From: an uncultured Candidatus Entotheonella sp.
GTDB taxonomy: Bacteria; Tectomicrobia; Entotheonellia; Entotheonellales; Entotheonellaceae
Direction of reading: 5' to 3'
Assembly: GCA_965217185.1 (NCBI GenBank)
Contig: OZ244252.1
Span: 3,040,001-3,104,000, forward strand
Length of the DNA: 64,000 nt
A program made the translations under genes and the position numbers. Shown here in pieces: positions 1 through 10,740 of this stretch (its first letter is position 1; each line of letters starts with the position of its first letter). The notes below the pieces were generated by a model. The model saw only the letters and a program-made list of their open reading frames with translations, had not been told where the DNA came from and searched no databases.

Positions 1-1154
1 GCCTGCACGTGCTGGAAGGGCTGCTGGTCGCCTACCTCAACGTCGATGCGGTTATCGAGGTCATTCGCAACGAGGAAGCGCCGAAAGCCGCCCTGATGGG
101 ACGCTTCGGCCTCAGCGACACCCAGGCGGAGGCCATTCTGGACCTGCGGCTGCGCCGCCTGGCCCGGCTGGAAGAAATCGTCATTCAACGGGAACAGAAG
201 CGCCTCGACGCCGAGCGGCGCGATCTGGAGAAGCTGCTGTCGTCGCCCCGGCGTCTGCAAACGCTGATGCGCAAGGAGTTGCAGAAAGACGTCGATACCT
301 ACGGCGACGCCCGGCGCTCACCCCTGGTCGAGCGGCTGCCGGCGCAAGCCCTCGCCGAGAACGCCATGCTGCCCAGTGAGCCGGTAACGGTGGTGCTGTC
401 CGAGAAGGGCTGGGTGCGCGCCGCCAAGGGGCACGAGATCAACCCCGAAACCCTCAATTACAAGGCGGGGGACCAGTTCCTGGCCGCGGCGCGCGGCAAG
501 AGCACGCAACTGGCCGTCTTCCTGGACTCGACCGGCAAGAGCTACGCCATCCCGACGCATACGCTCCCCTCGGCGCGCGGCCAGGGCGAGCCGCTCACCG
601 GGCGGCTGAGCCCGCCGGAAGGCGCTTCGTTCGTCGGGGTGATTCTGGGGGACGCGGAGGACCGCTACGTGGTGGCGTCGGACGCCGGCTACGGATTTGT
701 GACGACCCTGGAGGATTTGCAGTCGCGCCAACGCGTCGGCAAGGCCGTGCTCACCCTGCCGCCGCACAGCCGGGCGCTGCCGCCCAGGCCGCTCGGCGAC
801 AGCGCGGATTTTATCGCCGCGGTCAGCAGCCAAGGCCGCCTGCTGGTGTTTCCCCTCGCGCAACTGCCGCAACTGGCCAAGGGCAAGGGGTCCAGACTCA
901 TCGCCATTCCCACCGCCCAAGCCGCGGTGCGCCAAGACGCCCTGGCCGCCTTCACCTGCCTGTCCAGCGGCCAGTCGTTGACGCTTTATTGCGGCCAGCG
1001 CCACCTCACCCTCAAGCCCGCCGACATCGCCCACTACACCGGCACCCGCGGTCAACGCGGCGTCAAACTGCCGCGCGGCTTCCAGCGCGTCGACCGCCTC
1101 GACGTCACCGCCCGCCCCACCCAACCGGCTCCCAACGGACAGACGCGGGGCTAG
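1..1154 (+). CDS. parC: DNA topoisomerase IV subunit A, 3' part (5' end outside window)
   Basis: LEGLLVAYLNVDAVIEVIR...AILDLRLRRLARLEE...YGDARRSP...GWVRAAKGHE and C-terminal beta-pinwheel typical of ParC. Confidence 0.95.
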   Translation, partial: LHVLEGLLVAYLNVDAVIEVIRNEEAPKAALMGRFGLSDTQAEAILDLRLRRLARLEEIVIQREQKRLDAERRDLEKLLSSPRRLQTLMRKELQKDVDTYGDARRSPLVERLPAQALAENAMLPSEPVTVVLSEKGWVRAAKGHEINPETLNYKAGDQFLAAARGKSTQLAVFLDSTGKSYAIPTHTLPSARGQGEPLTGRLSPPEGASFVGVILGDAEDRYVVASDAGYGFVTTLEDLQSRQRVGKAVLTLPPHSRALPPRPLGDSADFIAAVSSQGRLLVFPLAQLPQLAKGKGSRLIAIPTAQAAVRQDALAAFTCLSSGQSLTLYCGQRHLTLKPADIAHYTGTRGQRGVKLPRGFQRVDRLDVTARPTQPAPNGQTRG

Positions 1155-1638
1155 CCAACGCCGTCGCTCTATGGTTCAATGCGGAGACCGGAGTCGTAAA
1201 GCCCAGTCCGGCAGGGGGCTCGGAAAGGGGACATCGTGGCTGGATCCTTCGTCAGCGCCGGGCAGTTCGGTGAGTTCAGCAAGCGCATGGGTGAGCGCCT
1301 CGGCGCCGTGAATCAGCGCTTCGACCACTGCGGGTGCGCTGTGATAAGCGGTTTGACACTATTGAGAGCTGCTCCCGGGACAGAAATTTCCACGTCAATC
1401 AGCGATACGAATTGACACAAGCCCTTTTTGATTTGCGAGCCGAGATGCGCCAGACGCACCGGTGGCTTATCGCGAATGCGATGACCGTTTTCGTCGGTTT
1501 GGACTGCTCCTCCTGAAAGAATTCCTTTTCAATTGAAGCATCTTTGAACCAGCACGTCGCATGCCCCGCCCATGCGGTGCTTGGGCATGGGAAGCGCTTC
1601 GGCGGATGCGGAAACAGTTTGACCGAGGGAGAGGCGAA

Positions 1639-2841
1639 ATGATGCGATGGTTGTTCGTGGTGCTCGGCATCCTGGTGGTGCTGCCGGCTTGGGCGGCGGC
1701 CGAGGAGCCGGCGCTGACCGTGACGATGCGGCTGGCGGAGGCCGAGTGGGAGGTGATGCGGCGAGATATCCTGCCGACGTTCGAAATCCTTTGCGCATGC
1801 AAGGTGCGCGCTATCGACGTGCCGCCGGAGGCCCTGGTGCAGAGGCTGCGGGCTATGCAGCAGGCCGGACGCATGGACATTGACCTCTTCGCCCAGGACA
1901 ACATGCGGCTGCAAGAGCTGGTGGACGCCGAGTTGGTCTCTCCCATGACGGATGCGGAATCCGAGATGTCCGATTCGGTGTACCCGGCCCTGCAGGCCGC
2001 CGGCGTCATCGACGAGCAGCGCTACTTCGTCCCCTTCCGGCCCAACGTGCAGATTACCTACTACAACGCCGACAAGTTCGCCGAATACGACCTGCAGCCG
2101 CCGCGTACCTGGCCGGAACTCCTCGCCGTGGCGCGCGCCTTCGCGGAGCGGGACGGCATGGGTAGGGTGCTGTTCAAGGGCGCCGGCGGAGCGCCGACGA
2201 CCACCCAGCTTTATGAATGGATCGTCGCCGCCGGCGGTGACCCGTTCGATTTTGCCGATCCCGGCACCGTCGCCACGTTCGAGTTTCTGGCTTCCCTGCG
2301 CCCCTACCTGTCTCCCGAATCGCGCCGCGCCAAGTGGGATACGACCAACGACGCCCTGGCGCAGGACGTCGCGTTTCTGGCGCAGAACTGGCCCTTCGGC
2401 GTGCCGCTGCTGGTGAAGGACTACGGCAAGACGGCCATCCGCACCTACAGCGGGTGGGCTGGCCCGGCGCGGCAGGCGCACGTCATCGGCGGCGACGTGC
2501 TCGGCATCCCGGTCGGCGCCCGCAACCGGCGGCTGGCCCTGGCGATGATCCAATTTCTGCAGAGCCACATGGTGCAGGAAGCGCTGACCGATCGGCTTGG
2601 CTGGCCCAGCCTGCGGTCGGACATCCGTGCCTCCACCGCCGAGGCGTGGATGCGCCCGCACGCCGAGGCCGTGCAGGAAGCCCTGAGCCACGGCGTTTTT
2701 CGCGCCAACGTTGGCTACTGGGCCGATTACGAACGTCTCGCCAATGAGGCCGTACAGCGCATCCTGTGGCGCGCCGAGGCCCCCGCAACGGTGCTGCCGC
2801 CCCTCGCCGCACGGCTTGACGCTCTGAGGAAGCGTGAGTGA
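1639..2841 (+). CDS. Carbohydrate ABC transporter substrate-binding protein
   Basis: Signal peptide (..PAWAAAE), YYNADKF..PPRTWPEL, IGGDVLGIP; overlaps next permease gene. Confidence 0.88.
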   Translation: MMRWLFVVLGILVVLPAWAAAEEPALTVTMRLAEAEWEVMRRDILPTFEILCACKVRAIDVPPEALVQRLRAMQQAGRMDIDLFAQDNMRLQELVDAELVSPMTDAESEMSDSVYPALQAAGVIDEQRYFVPFRPNVQITYYNADKFAEYDLQPPRTWPELLAVARAFAERDGMGRVLFKGAGGAPTTTQLYEWIVAAGGDPFDFADPGTVATFEFLASLRPYLSPESRRAKWDTTNDALAQDVAFLAQNWPFGVPLLVKDYGKTAIRTYSGWAGPARQAHVIGGDVLGIPVGARNRRLALAMIQFLQSHMVQEALTDRLGWPSLRSDIRASTAEAWMRPHAEAVQEALSHGVFRANVGYWADYERLANEAVQRILWRAEAPATVLPPLAARLDALRKRE

Positions 2842-3671
2842 AATGGCGCCATCTGCTCGGCTTGGCGCCCCTCACCCTGTACCTCGCTGCTCTGACCCTT
2901 GTTCCCGTCGTCTCCACCTTGCTGCTCAGCCTGAAAACGCCGCAAGGCGACTGGGGGCTGGGAGCCTACCGCGCTATCACCTCGCACTACCAATTCGGCG
3001 AAGCCGTTGCCAACACGCTGCTGGTGACGGTCCTCGGGCTGAGCCTGGAATTGGCGCTTGGCCTGGCCGCTGCACTGGCCTTGGCGGAAGATCGTCGCGC
3101 CCTGGGATGGGTGCGCGTCGCGTTGCTGGTGCCACTGGGGGTGCCAACGATCGTCGCCGCCTCGGCGATGCGCTACATTTTCGGCACCGTCGGCTATCTC
3201 AATGAGGTGCTGTACCGCCTGGGCGTGATCGACCTGCCCATTGACTGGACCGGCAGCCGCTGGCTGGCGGTGGTTACGGTGGCCGTAGCCGACGCCTGGA
3301 AGGTCACGCCCCTGGTCATGCTCATCTTGCTTGCCGGCCTGCAAGCCATTCCCCGCCAGCTCTACGAAGCCGCCCGCACCGACGGCGCCACGCCGTGGCA
3401 GCAATTTCGCCGCATCACCCTGCCCCTGCTGCGGCCCGCCATCACCATGGCGCTGATCGTGCGCGGCGTGGATGCCTTCCGCATCTTCGCCCTGCCGCTG
3501 GCGCTGACCGGGCGCAACCTGCCGGTGCTGTCCACTTATGCCTACGTCGAATACCTGGAATATGGCAACCCGCACACCGCGGCGGCGAGCAGTACTTTGT
3601 TGTTGCTGATGATTCTGGTTGCCGTGGCCGCCTACCTGAAGCTCGCCGGGGGCGAGGAGGTGCTTCGGTGA
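2838..3671 (+). CDS. Carbohydrate ABC transporter permease
   Basis: Hydrophobic; EAA loop LYEAARTDGATPWQQFRRITLPLL. Confidence 0.92.
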   Translation: MKWRHLLGLAPLTLYLAALTLVPVVSTLLLSLKTPQGDWGLGAYRAITSHYQFGEAVANTLLVTVLGLSLELALGLAAALALAEDRRALGWVRVALLVPLGVPTIVAASAMRYIFGTVGYLNEVLYRLGVIDLPIDWTGSRWLAVVTVAVADAWKVTPLVMLILLAGLQAIPRQLYEAARTDGATPWQQFRRITLPLLRPAITMALIVRGVDAFRIFALPLALTGRNLPVLSTYAYVEYLEYGNPHTAAASSTLLLLMILVAVAAYLKLAGGEEVLR

Positions 3672-4465
3672 GGGGGCTGCGGGTGCCGTTCCTGCTGGTG
3701 ATGGTGCTGTTTGCCGCCGTACCGCTCTACGGGCTGCTGAAAATTTCGCTGAGCCCGCCGGCCGAGGTGATGACCGCGCACCCGACGCTGGTGCCGCACG
3801 GCCTCACGTGGCGCCACTGGCAGCGCGTCATTGAGAGCGGCCAGATCGGCGCGCCGCTACGCAAAAGCCTGCTGGTGGCCAGCGGCACCACCGCGCTGGC
3901 GCTGCTTCTGGCCGGCCCGGCGGCGTACAGCTTGGTGCAGTTGCCGCTGCGCTGGCGCTACGGGATTCTGATCGGCTTGTTCCTCTGCCGCATGCTGCCG
4001 GAGGTCAGCGTCGCCATGCCCATCGCCGTGGTGTTCCTGCGTTGGGGGCTGATGGACACCGCTCTCGGCCTCACGCTGGCCCACCTGCCGATGGTGCTGC
4101 CCGTCGCCGCCTGGGTTCTCACCACCGCTTTTGGCAACATCCCGCGCGACGTGGAGGAAGCCGCCGCGCTGGACGGCTGCAACCTGTGGCGCACCTTGGC
4201 ATACGTCATCATCCCCCTTGCCCTGCCCGGCGTCATCGTCGCCGCCCTGCTCGTCTGGCTGCTGTCGTGGGAGGAATTCGTGCTGGCCACCTACCTCACC
4301 CTCGGCGATAAAACCATGCCGCTGCAGGTTTACTACTATCTTTATCAGGGCAACGCTTTCGTCACCGCCGTCGCCGCCGTGATCATGACGGCCCCGGTGC
4401 TGCTGCTCAGCGCCCTGCTGCAGCGCTACATTCGGGAGACGAGTCTGGCGGGCGTGGTGCGGTAA
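3668..4465 (+). CDS. Carbohydrate ABC transporter permease
   Basis: EAA loop VEEAAALDGCN; GTG start overlapping previous stop. Confidence 0.9.
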   Translation: MRGLRVPFLLVMVLFAAVPLYGLLKISLSPPAEVMTAHPTLVPHGLTWRHWQRVIESGQIGAPLRKSLLVASGTTALALLLAGPAAYSLVQLPLRWRYGILIGLFLCRMLPEVSVAMPIAVVFLRWGLMDTALGLTLAHLPMVLPVAAWVLTTAFGNIPRDVEEAAALDGCNLWRTLAYVIIPLALPGVIVAALLVWLLSWEEFVLATYLTLGDKTMPLQVYYYLYQGNAFVTAVAAVIMTAPVLLLSALLQRYIRETSLAGVVR

Positions 4466-4652
4466 GTCAGCAATCGTTGGGAAGGAGTCAAACGGCAGGA
4501 TACTGTTGGCACGCTCCGATTGGTGCAGAAAAGCCCGCCCGGTATTGTGCGTAGAGGAGGTGCAAGCGTCTGCTCGGCGGGCGAGACGGTTCTGTTGCCT
4601 TGGCGTGCATTTTCACACCAATCGGGGTGGTAGCCCCAAAGAAGAGACATCC

Positions 4653-6092
4653 ATGAAATTATTCATGCAGACGTGCATCGGCATGGGGACTGCGCTGATC
4701 CTGACGGCTTGTAGTGGTGGCGGTGATGCACCGTTCTCGGGACACCCCGCCCTGCCGTCGCAGAGGCCCATCCATGCCGCGCAAGCTCCGATCGTTGCTC
4801 TGGATGGTATCTTGCACGTCGGGGCCGATGTCGCCGTGCCGGACGATCAAGTACCCCCGATCACTGCTCACCGCGACACCGACCTGTTCTACGGTTTGGT
4901 GCAGGACGGGGTGGGCGCTGCGGAAGTCATTGCCTACCTGCAAGCCGATGCCGCCTACCCGAGTGCCGACGGCGAGGACAATGGAGACGTTCAACTCTTG
5001 CCCGACGGTTTATTCGTGCGCTTTGAAACTGTACCGCCGACCATTCGGGTAGCTGAAGGCACCGCTGCGGAACTGATCGACGAGACAGTGCGCGTCGTTC
5101 AGTTGATCAACGCCGCCCTGCCGCAAGCGTGGCAACTACAGTTCAGCCGCGACCCCGGACCTGCCGGCATGCTTGGCGCCTCCGACGGTGAGATACTTGT
5201 CGAATTCGCAGCCCAGGAGGACTGGCCGCATCCAGATACGCCGCCGACGAGCGAGGAGATCCACATCGGCCTGGCGCAGCCGTATTACCGGATCGAGCCT
5301 ACCGGAGACCCGGAGGCACCGTGGAAAGTCGAGATCATTGCCGGCCAAGTCTGGGTGGACCCGACGCGCACCCGTGGGCAGGAGCGCCTGGGCGTCATCA
5401 CCCACGAGCTCCTTCACCTGCTCGGCCGGAACCATCCGGACCCGGCTCGCTTTCCCAAAACGATCATGCTGGCGGGGGGCGGAGGAGGACCCTCGGAGCA
5501 CGTTCTTCATCCCCTCGACCGCGAAGCACTTTTGGCAGTCTACGACCGTCTCGAACCGGGCATCGCGCCTGACAGCATTGCGGAAACTCTGGGGGCTTGG
5601 TCTGACACGTCGCTTCACGTCCGCGGTGCACTCGGCATTGCAGACGGTGAGATCGCATTCGGAGCCGCGTTGAGAAATGGCTTGTCGCAGCCGTGGGCTT
5701 TCGGGCCAGCGCCGCACGCAGACCTTGAAGCCAACACCGTGCTATCGGAAAGCGTCAACTGGTCGGGTCGCTTGCTGGGTCTTACGCCACAAGCCGAGGT
5801 TGTAGCCGGCGCTGCCGATCTGACCGTCGAGTTGGCAATATTGGCAGGCAGGGTGGATTTCACGCGCTTGGAGTCTTGGGCGACCCACGCGGCACCGGGA
5901 GCCATCGGCACCGGGGCCATCTGGGGCAATGGCGACCTGAGTTACAGCATCCGAGTGCACGGCAACAGCTTCGTTCAGACCGACGGCGATGCCGGAACGT
6001 TAACGGGCGTGTTCTTCGGAGCGTCTCATGAAGGCATGGGCGGTGTTCTGGAACGAGATGATTTGAGCGCCGGCTTCGGCGGTGACCGCTAG
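4653..6092 (+). CDS. Lipoprotein with metzincin-type zinc motif and C-terminal TbpB-like beta-barrel
   Basis: Lipobox LTAC; HELLHLLGRNH followed by TIM; C-terminus GTLTGVFFGASHEGMGGVLERDDLSAGFGGDR. Confidence 0.7.
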   Translation: MKLFMQTCIGMGTALILTACSGGGDAPFSGHPALPSQRPIHAAQAPIVALDGILHVGADVAVPDDQVPPITAHRDTDLFYGLVQDGVGAAEVIAYLQADAAYPSADGEDNGDVQLLPDGLFVRFETVPPTIRVAEGTAAELIDETVRVVQLINAALPQAWQLQFSRDPGPAGMLGASDGEILVEFAAQEDWPHPDTPPTSEEIHIGLAQPYYRIEPTGDPEAPWKVEIIAGQVWVDPTRTRGQERLGVITHELLHLLGRNHPDPARFPKTIMLAGGGGGPSEHVLHPLDREALLAVYDRLEPGIAPDSIAETLGAWSDTSLHVRGALGIADGEIAFGAALRNGLSQPWAFGPAPHADLEANTVLSESVNWSGRLLGLTPQAEVVAGAADLTVELAILAGRVDFTRLESWATHAAPGAIGTGAIWGNGDLSYSIRVHGNSFVQTDGDAGTLTGVFFGASHEGMGGVLERDDLSAGFGGDR

Positions 6093-6133
6093 CTGCATCG
6101 GCTTGGGATTATCGCCGTACGGAAAGAGGCCCC

Positions 6134-6721
6134 TCAACGCGCATCCTCCACCATCTCCTTGCATTCCTTCCAGCGAAAGCACGAGGTGACGTGATCGTTC
6201 ACCATCCCCACAGCCTGCATGAAGGCGTAGCAGATGGTGGGACCGACGAAGCGGAATCCGCGACCCTTGAGCGCTCGGCTCATCGCCTCGGAGACCGGCG
6301 TCGCGGCGGGGACATCTTCGAGCCGGCGCCAGGCGTTGACGACGGGCGCACCGCCGTTGAACGCCCACAGGAATTCCGATAACCGAATGCCCGACTCGCG
6401 TAAATCCAGCCACGCACGGGCATTTCCAATCGCCGCCTGCACCTTGAGGCGGTTGCGCACGATACCTGGGTCTTCGAGGAGCGAGGCGACCTTCTTGTCG
6501 TCGTAGCGCGCGATGCGGTCCGAGTCGAACCCGTCGAACGCGCGCCGGTACGCCTCGCGCTTCTTCAGAATGGTGTGCCAACTCAGGCCAGCCTGCGCGC
6601 CCTCGAGCACCAGCATCTCGTAGAGCCCGCGGTCGTCACGGACCGGGACGCCCCATTCCTCGTCGTGATAAGCAACGTAGAGCGAATCATCGTTCACCCA
6701 GCTGCAACGTGTCCGAGTCAT
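6134..6721 (-). CDS. tag: DNA-3-methyladenine glycosylase I
   Basis: RCSW..YHDEEWG, LEGAQAGLSW, GIVRNRLKV, FVGPTICYAFMQAVGMVNDH..C. Confidence 0.96.
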   Translation of the reverse strand: MTRTRCSWVNDDSLYVAYHDEEWGVPVRDDRGLYEMLVLEGAQAGLSWHTILKKREAYRRAFDGFDSDRIARYDDKKVASLLEDPGIVRNRLKVQAAIGNARAWLDLRESGIRLSEFLWAFNGGAPVVNAWRRLEDVPAATPVSEAMSRALKGRGFRFVGPTICYAFMQAVGMVNDHVTSCFRWKECKEMVEDAR

Positions 6722-6835
6722 CTCCAGTCCTCGATTCGCAAGGCTCCCCATACCCGAACGACGCGCACGGAATCAGTCAACGGAAGGGCAGTGATGAGGT
6801 CGATATCTCTCCGGACTCAATTCCGCGCAACAAGC

Positions 6836-8104
6836 TCACGGTTCGAAGTGGTACACCACGGGCAACTGGGCAGTGTCTGTGATGCTCGAATCCGTGTGGT
6901 GGTAGATATTCACGTGACCAGTGCCGCAGTCACCGAATTCGTCGCAGAAGAGTTCGCCCATAATCCCCTGAAAGCCGGTCGTTGCCCCAAGCTCCTCGCG
7001 CAACTCGGCGCGGTCTATGTACAACGTCCCACCCTCCACCACGGCAACGGATTTGATGGCGCTGATCAGCAATACGGTCGCGTCGTAGGCATGCACCCAG
7101 TATGGATTGCTAGGCGTGCCATACCTGGATTCGAGTGTGGCGAGAACCTCATCTGCTGTTTTGCCGGTCGCCATATTGACATTCGAGCCGTGTGCCGCCT
7201 CTGGCCCCGAAATGTAAAGGCCTTCCGACTGCGGCGTGCCGAGGAACTCTGACAGGAGGAGGGCCTCGGCCGTGATCAGCTTCGCGTTTTCCAGAGCCTT
7301 GAACTCCCGCACCTGCTCGGCAAATGGCGAGCCTTCGTCTTCGAAGAGCGGGAAGAAGATGCCGTCCGGTTCGGCTGCCGCGAATCCTGCGAGGACATCT
7401 CTCATGTCCGTGTCGCCCTTCTCGATCCCGGCAGTGAGCGCGACCTCGCCCCCAAGCACGCTGAACGCGTCGCCGAACGCGATGGTGAGGCCCATGGTGT
7501 ACGGGTCGCCGTCGTCTATGGACACCATGCGCCGCAGTCCCAATTGATTGTAAGCGAAGTCGGCGACTGCTTGCCCCTGATAGAGGTCGTTGCCGGCAGT
7601 GCGGAAATAACCGGGGTGGTAGTCGGGACTCGCGTTGCCGGCGAGGTCGGACGTGAGCGTAGGCGAGGTGTTGGTCGGCGAGATCATCACCAGCCCTGCC
7701 GTGCTGAGCAGCGGTGAGGCCGTCACCGCCGAGCCCGAGCACAAGGTGCCAATGATGCCCACCACTTGCGGGTCGGCGATGACCTGCTCGGCGCTTGCGC
7801 GTCCGCCTTCTGGCGAGCACATGGCGTCTATCGGCTCGCCGAGCTCGACCTCGTGACCGTGGATGTTGCCGAAATCCTGGACAGCCAGATCAATGCTGTA
7901 CCGCGACCACTCGGCAACCGATGGCACAACGATGTGGGCAAGCAACGAACGGATCTGCACCGCCTCACCCGCGCCAACCTCGACTGCGCCGAGCGCTCCG
8001 GCCTCAAAGCCTTGTGGTTCGCCATCTTCTCCGCACGCTGCCAGCAGTCCCGCCAGCAGCCCCACTAGCAACACGACGTAGAATCTCCTGGGTATGTTAC
8101 CCAT
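6836..8104 (-). CDS. Branched-chain amino acid ABC substrate-binding lipoprotein (orphan)
   Basis: Lipobox LAAC; IIGTLCSG, MISPTNTSPTLT, YFRTAGND, AYDAT; start approximate. Confidence 0.88.
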   Translation of the reverse strand: MGNIPRRFYVVLLVGLLAGLLAACGEDGEPQGFEAGALGAVEVGAGEAVQIRSLLAHIVVPSVAEWSRYSIDLAVQDFGNIHGHEVELGEPIDAMCSPEGGRASAEQVIADPQVVGIIGTLCSGSAVTASPLLSTAGLVMISPTNTSPTLTSDLAGNASPDYHPGYFRTAGNDLYQGQAVADFAYNQLGLRRMVSIDDGDPYTMGLTIAFGDAFSVLGGEVALTAGIEKGDTDMRDVLAGFAAAEPDGIFFPLFEDEGSPFAEQVREFKALENAKLITAEALLLSEFLGTPQSEGLYISGPEAAHGSNVNMATGKTADEVLATLESRYGTPSNPYWVHAYDATVLLISAIKSVAVVEGGTLYIDRAELREELGATTGFQGIMGELFCDEFGDCGTGHVNIYHHTDSSITDTAQLPVVYHFEP

Positions 8105-8814
8105 TGTCGCAGGCCTCCTGATTGAGTTATCCAGCACCTATCCAGTTGCCCAAGGTACAGCAGTCTTATCGTTGGGTGTAAGTCCGAAATTGAGCGATTC
8201 TGAGGGGGTTTGGTACGGCTTGGGGACATGATTGATGCGCGAGGTGACAAAGTGTCACGTAGGACGGTGGGTGATGGGCAGCACTCCTCTGGGGTATTGT
8301 TGGTTTATCTACAAAATTGGCGGACGGACGGGCCGCCTAACTGGTCAATTTGAGACCTACGCCCTTATCGTTTGCGGCAATCCCAATTTGCAGGATGGTA
8401 GCAGACCATCCAAAAGTGTGGGGCATCCAGGCAGGGTAGGGCGGAATGGAAAGGCCGGCCGGCTATGCTCGGGGCGGCACCGGCGAGCGGGACCTGCTAC
8501 AGCCAGCCCTCTCCGGAAGAGACATGGTGCGGTGAGGATATTCACGGACAAAGGGTCCGCGGCTGGCGGCGGCCAAGCGCCGGCACCAGGACTGCGTTTT
8601 GATTCCAGCATCTTGAGAGAAGCGACGTCGAGAAACGCCGCTCAGTTCCCATGACGCCTTGATTCCGGTACACTGAATTTTAGGTCATTGTTGTCATTTG
8701 AGTTCAGATTCCGATCGATCGGATTCGGCTACCACCGTTGCCTTGTTGGCAAAGGCAGGGCCAAGACGACAGACAGCCTCGCAACTGAGGCGAAAACCGG
8801 AGGGGAGGCACGTG

Positions 8815-10605
8815 ATGCAAAAGCGATACAACGTATTCGGCGCTCTATGCGCCGCCGCAATCGTGTGGTACGTCGCGTCGGGAACGGCGGCCGCTCAGTA
8901 CAAGGTTCCGGAGCCGGGATCGGTGATCGATCTTTCGCCGACCATCTCGATGTCACTGAAGCAGAACTGGCCGGGCGGGCAGCGGCACCACCGGCCGGTG
9001 ATCTTTCCCTATATCGGGCATGGGTCGAGCGCGTATACCGCCGATCTGATCATCGTCGACAACGACACGGCGACGCAGCTCGATTGCCCGCCGCACATGA
9101 TGGCCCATCAGGACTCGGGCCTGCCAAACGCCGGCTATTGGGGCTTCCTGACCTGCGACAAGCTGCCGGCTTGGCAACTGGTCGGCCAAGTGGTCAAGAT
9201 CGACGGTCGCGGCATCTACGACCAGGCGCCGAACGGACAGAGCCCGATCTTCACCGTGGACATGGTCAAGCAGGCCGAGCAAACGCTCGGCCGCGATTTG
9301 ACCCGCGGCGATGCGGTGATCTACTGGAGCAGCTACAACGACAAGCGCGGCGCGCCCGATCAACCGCCGGAGCGGGCACAGATCGACGTGCTGCTTGGCA
9401 AGGCGCCGGCTTGGCCGGCCCCGAACTTCGACACGTCTGACTACGTCGGCAGCAAGGGGGTGGCTCTGGTCGGGCTGGACAGCCCGAGCATTGGCGCCTT
9501 CGGTCCGCCGGACTACGAATGGGGCGGCACCCAGAGCTACCGCTCGCAGACCTTCAAGGCGATCGAAAGCCACCTTGGCGTATTCAAGCATGGCGGCGTC
9601 GACGTGGAAGGGTTGTTAAACCTGGACCAGGTCCCCGACGGCTCCGTGTTTATCGCGCTGCCGGTCAAGATCCAGAACACGCCGACCGTACAGACCCGCG
9701 CGGCGGCGATCACCGACGTCGAGCTCGCGACTGAGCTGTCGCAGGCCATCAAAGCACAGCGCGTGGTCGACCTGTCGGTCCTCAACGGCGACAACCTGCC
9801 GGTCTATTGGCTGGGCGCGGGCGTCGGCAACTTCGCCTTCCCGTTCTTCCGCATCGAGCCAGTGAACGGCTATGACGGCTACGCGCAGTATTGGGTGAAC
9901 TCACAGATCATGGACTCGCGCACCGGCACCCACATCTCGCCGCCGGCGCATTATGGCCTGCCTGCCGGCTTCAGCGTGGCCGACTACGCGCCGGATATCC
10001 GCGCCTGGGCCGAGGAGTTCGAGGGCAAATACGGCCAGATCCAAGCCACCGACGTGACCTCGGACAAGGTTCCGGTCAGCCAGATGATGGGCCCGGCGCG
10101 CGTCATCAACGTGCAGAACTTGTCCGGCTCGACCAACCAGGAAGATTGGCCGGCGTCGCCCGCGATTACCGTCGAAGTGGTCAGGGCGCACGAGTTGGCA
10201 CATGGCAAGATCAAGGCTGGCGAGGTCGTGATCTTCCAGACCGGCCATACCGACGCCCATTTCCGTCCGATGTTGCGCAACCGCCTGGAACGGGCGCTCA
10301 AGGCGCCGTTGGACGGTCAGATGGAGGGCTGGGCGGCGGTGACGCCGGAAACCGTCCAGTACCTCGCCGGCAATGGGGTCCGCCACGTCGCCATCGACGC
10401 GCCGTCGGCCGGCTCGGTCGACGCTAAGCAACGGGCCTTCACGTACTGGGCCGCGGCCAACGAGGGCATGATTTTCACCGAGTACCTGACGGGCGTGGGC
10501 CAGCTGCCGGCGAAGGGCGCGTTCTACGTGTTCCTCAATCCGAAGATCGAGAATAACCACGGCGGCCCTGGCCGCGCCATCGGCATTCTGCCGGTCGGCC
10601 GTTAG
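8815..10605 (+). CDS. Secreted tandem cyclase (kynurenine formamidase family) domain protein
   Basis: Signal peptide ..AAAQ; two repeats of VxDLS...(T/G)T(Q/H)xxxPxH...(L/I)D(S/A)PS...E(G/Y)L...RA. Confidence 0.75.
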   Translation: MQKRYNVFGALCAAAIVWYVASGTAAAQYKVPEPGSVIDLSPTISMSLKQNWPGGQRHHRPVIFPYIGHGSSAYTADLIIVDNDTATQLDCPPHMMAHQDSGLPNAGYWGFLTCDKLPAWQLVGQVVKIDGRGIYDQAPNGQSPIFTVDMVKQAEQTLGRDLTRGDAVIYWSSYNDKRGAPDQPPERAQIDVLLGKAPAWPAPNFDTSDYVGSKGVALVGLDSPSIGAFGPPDYEWGGTQSYRSQTFKAIESHLGVFKHGGVDVEGLLNLDQVPDGSVFIALPVKIQNTPTVQTRAAAITDVELATELSQAIKAQRVVDLSVLNGDNLPVYWLGAGVGNFAFPFFRIEPVNGYDGYAQYWVNSQIMDSRTGTHISPPAHYGLPAGFSVADYAPDIRAWAEEFEGKYGQIQATDVTSDKVPVSQMMGPARVINVQNLSGSTNQEDWPASPAITVEVVRAHELAHGKIKAGEVVIFQTGHTDAHFRPMLRNRLERALKAPLDGQMEGWAAVTPETVQYLAGNGVRHVAIDAPSAGSVDAKQRAFTYWAAANEGMIFTEYLTGVGQLPAKGAFYVFLNPKIENNHGGPGRAIGILPVGR

Positions 10606-10740
10606 GCGCGGTGAGACGCGCCGTGCAGGTGTGTCATGTAAGTTCGCAACGGTAGGCTGATTTCACGCGCCTCCGTTGCCACCGACGAACAAGGTGGTGT
10701 GCCACGGCGGCATCGCTCCGCGCAATATCGTCTTTCGCGA

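Noticed and set aside
1230..1516. Small coiled-coil plus TM gene after parC
   Set aside because: Reading frame is broken; at most a remnant, family not assignable
1639..4465. ABC operon lacking an ATPase gene as a novelty
   Set aside because: Shared MsiK/MalK-type ATPases encoded elsewhere are common
8240..8660. Possible riboswitch or ncRNA in a long intergenic region
   Set aside because: No recognisable Rfam consensus by eye; needs an Infernal scan
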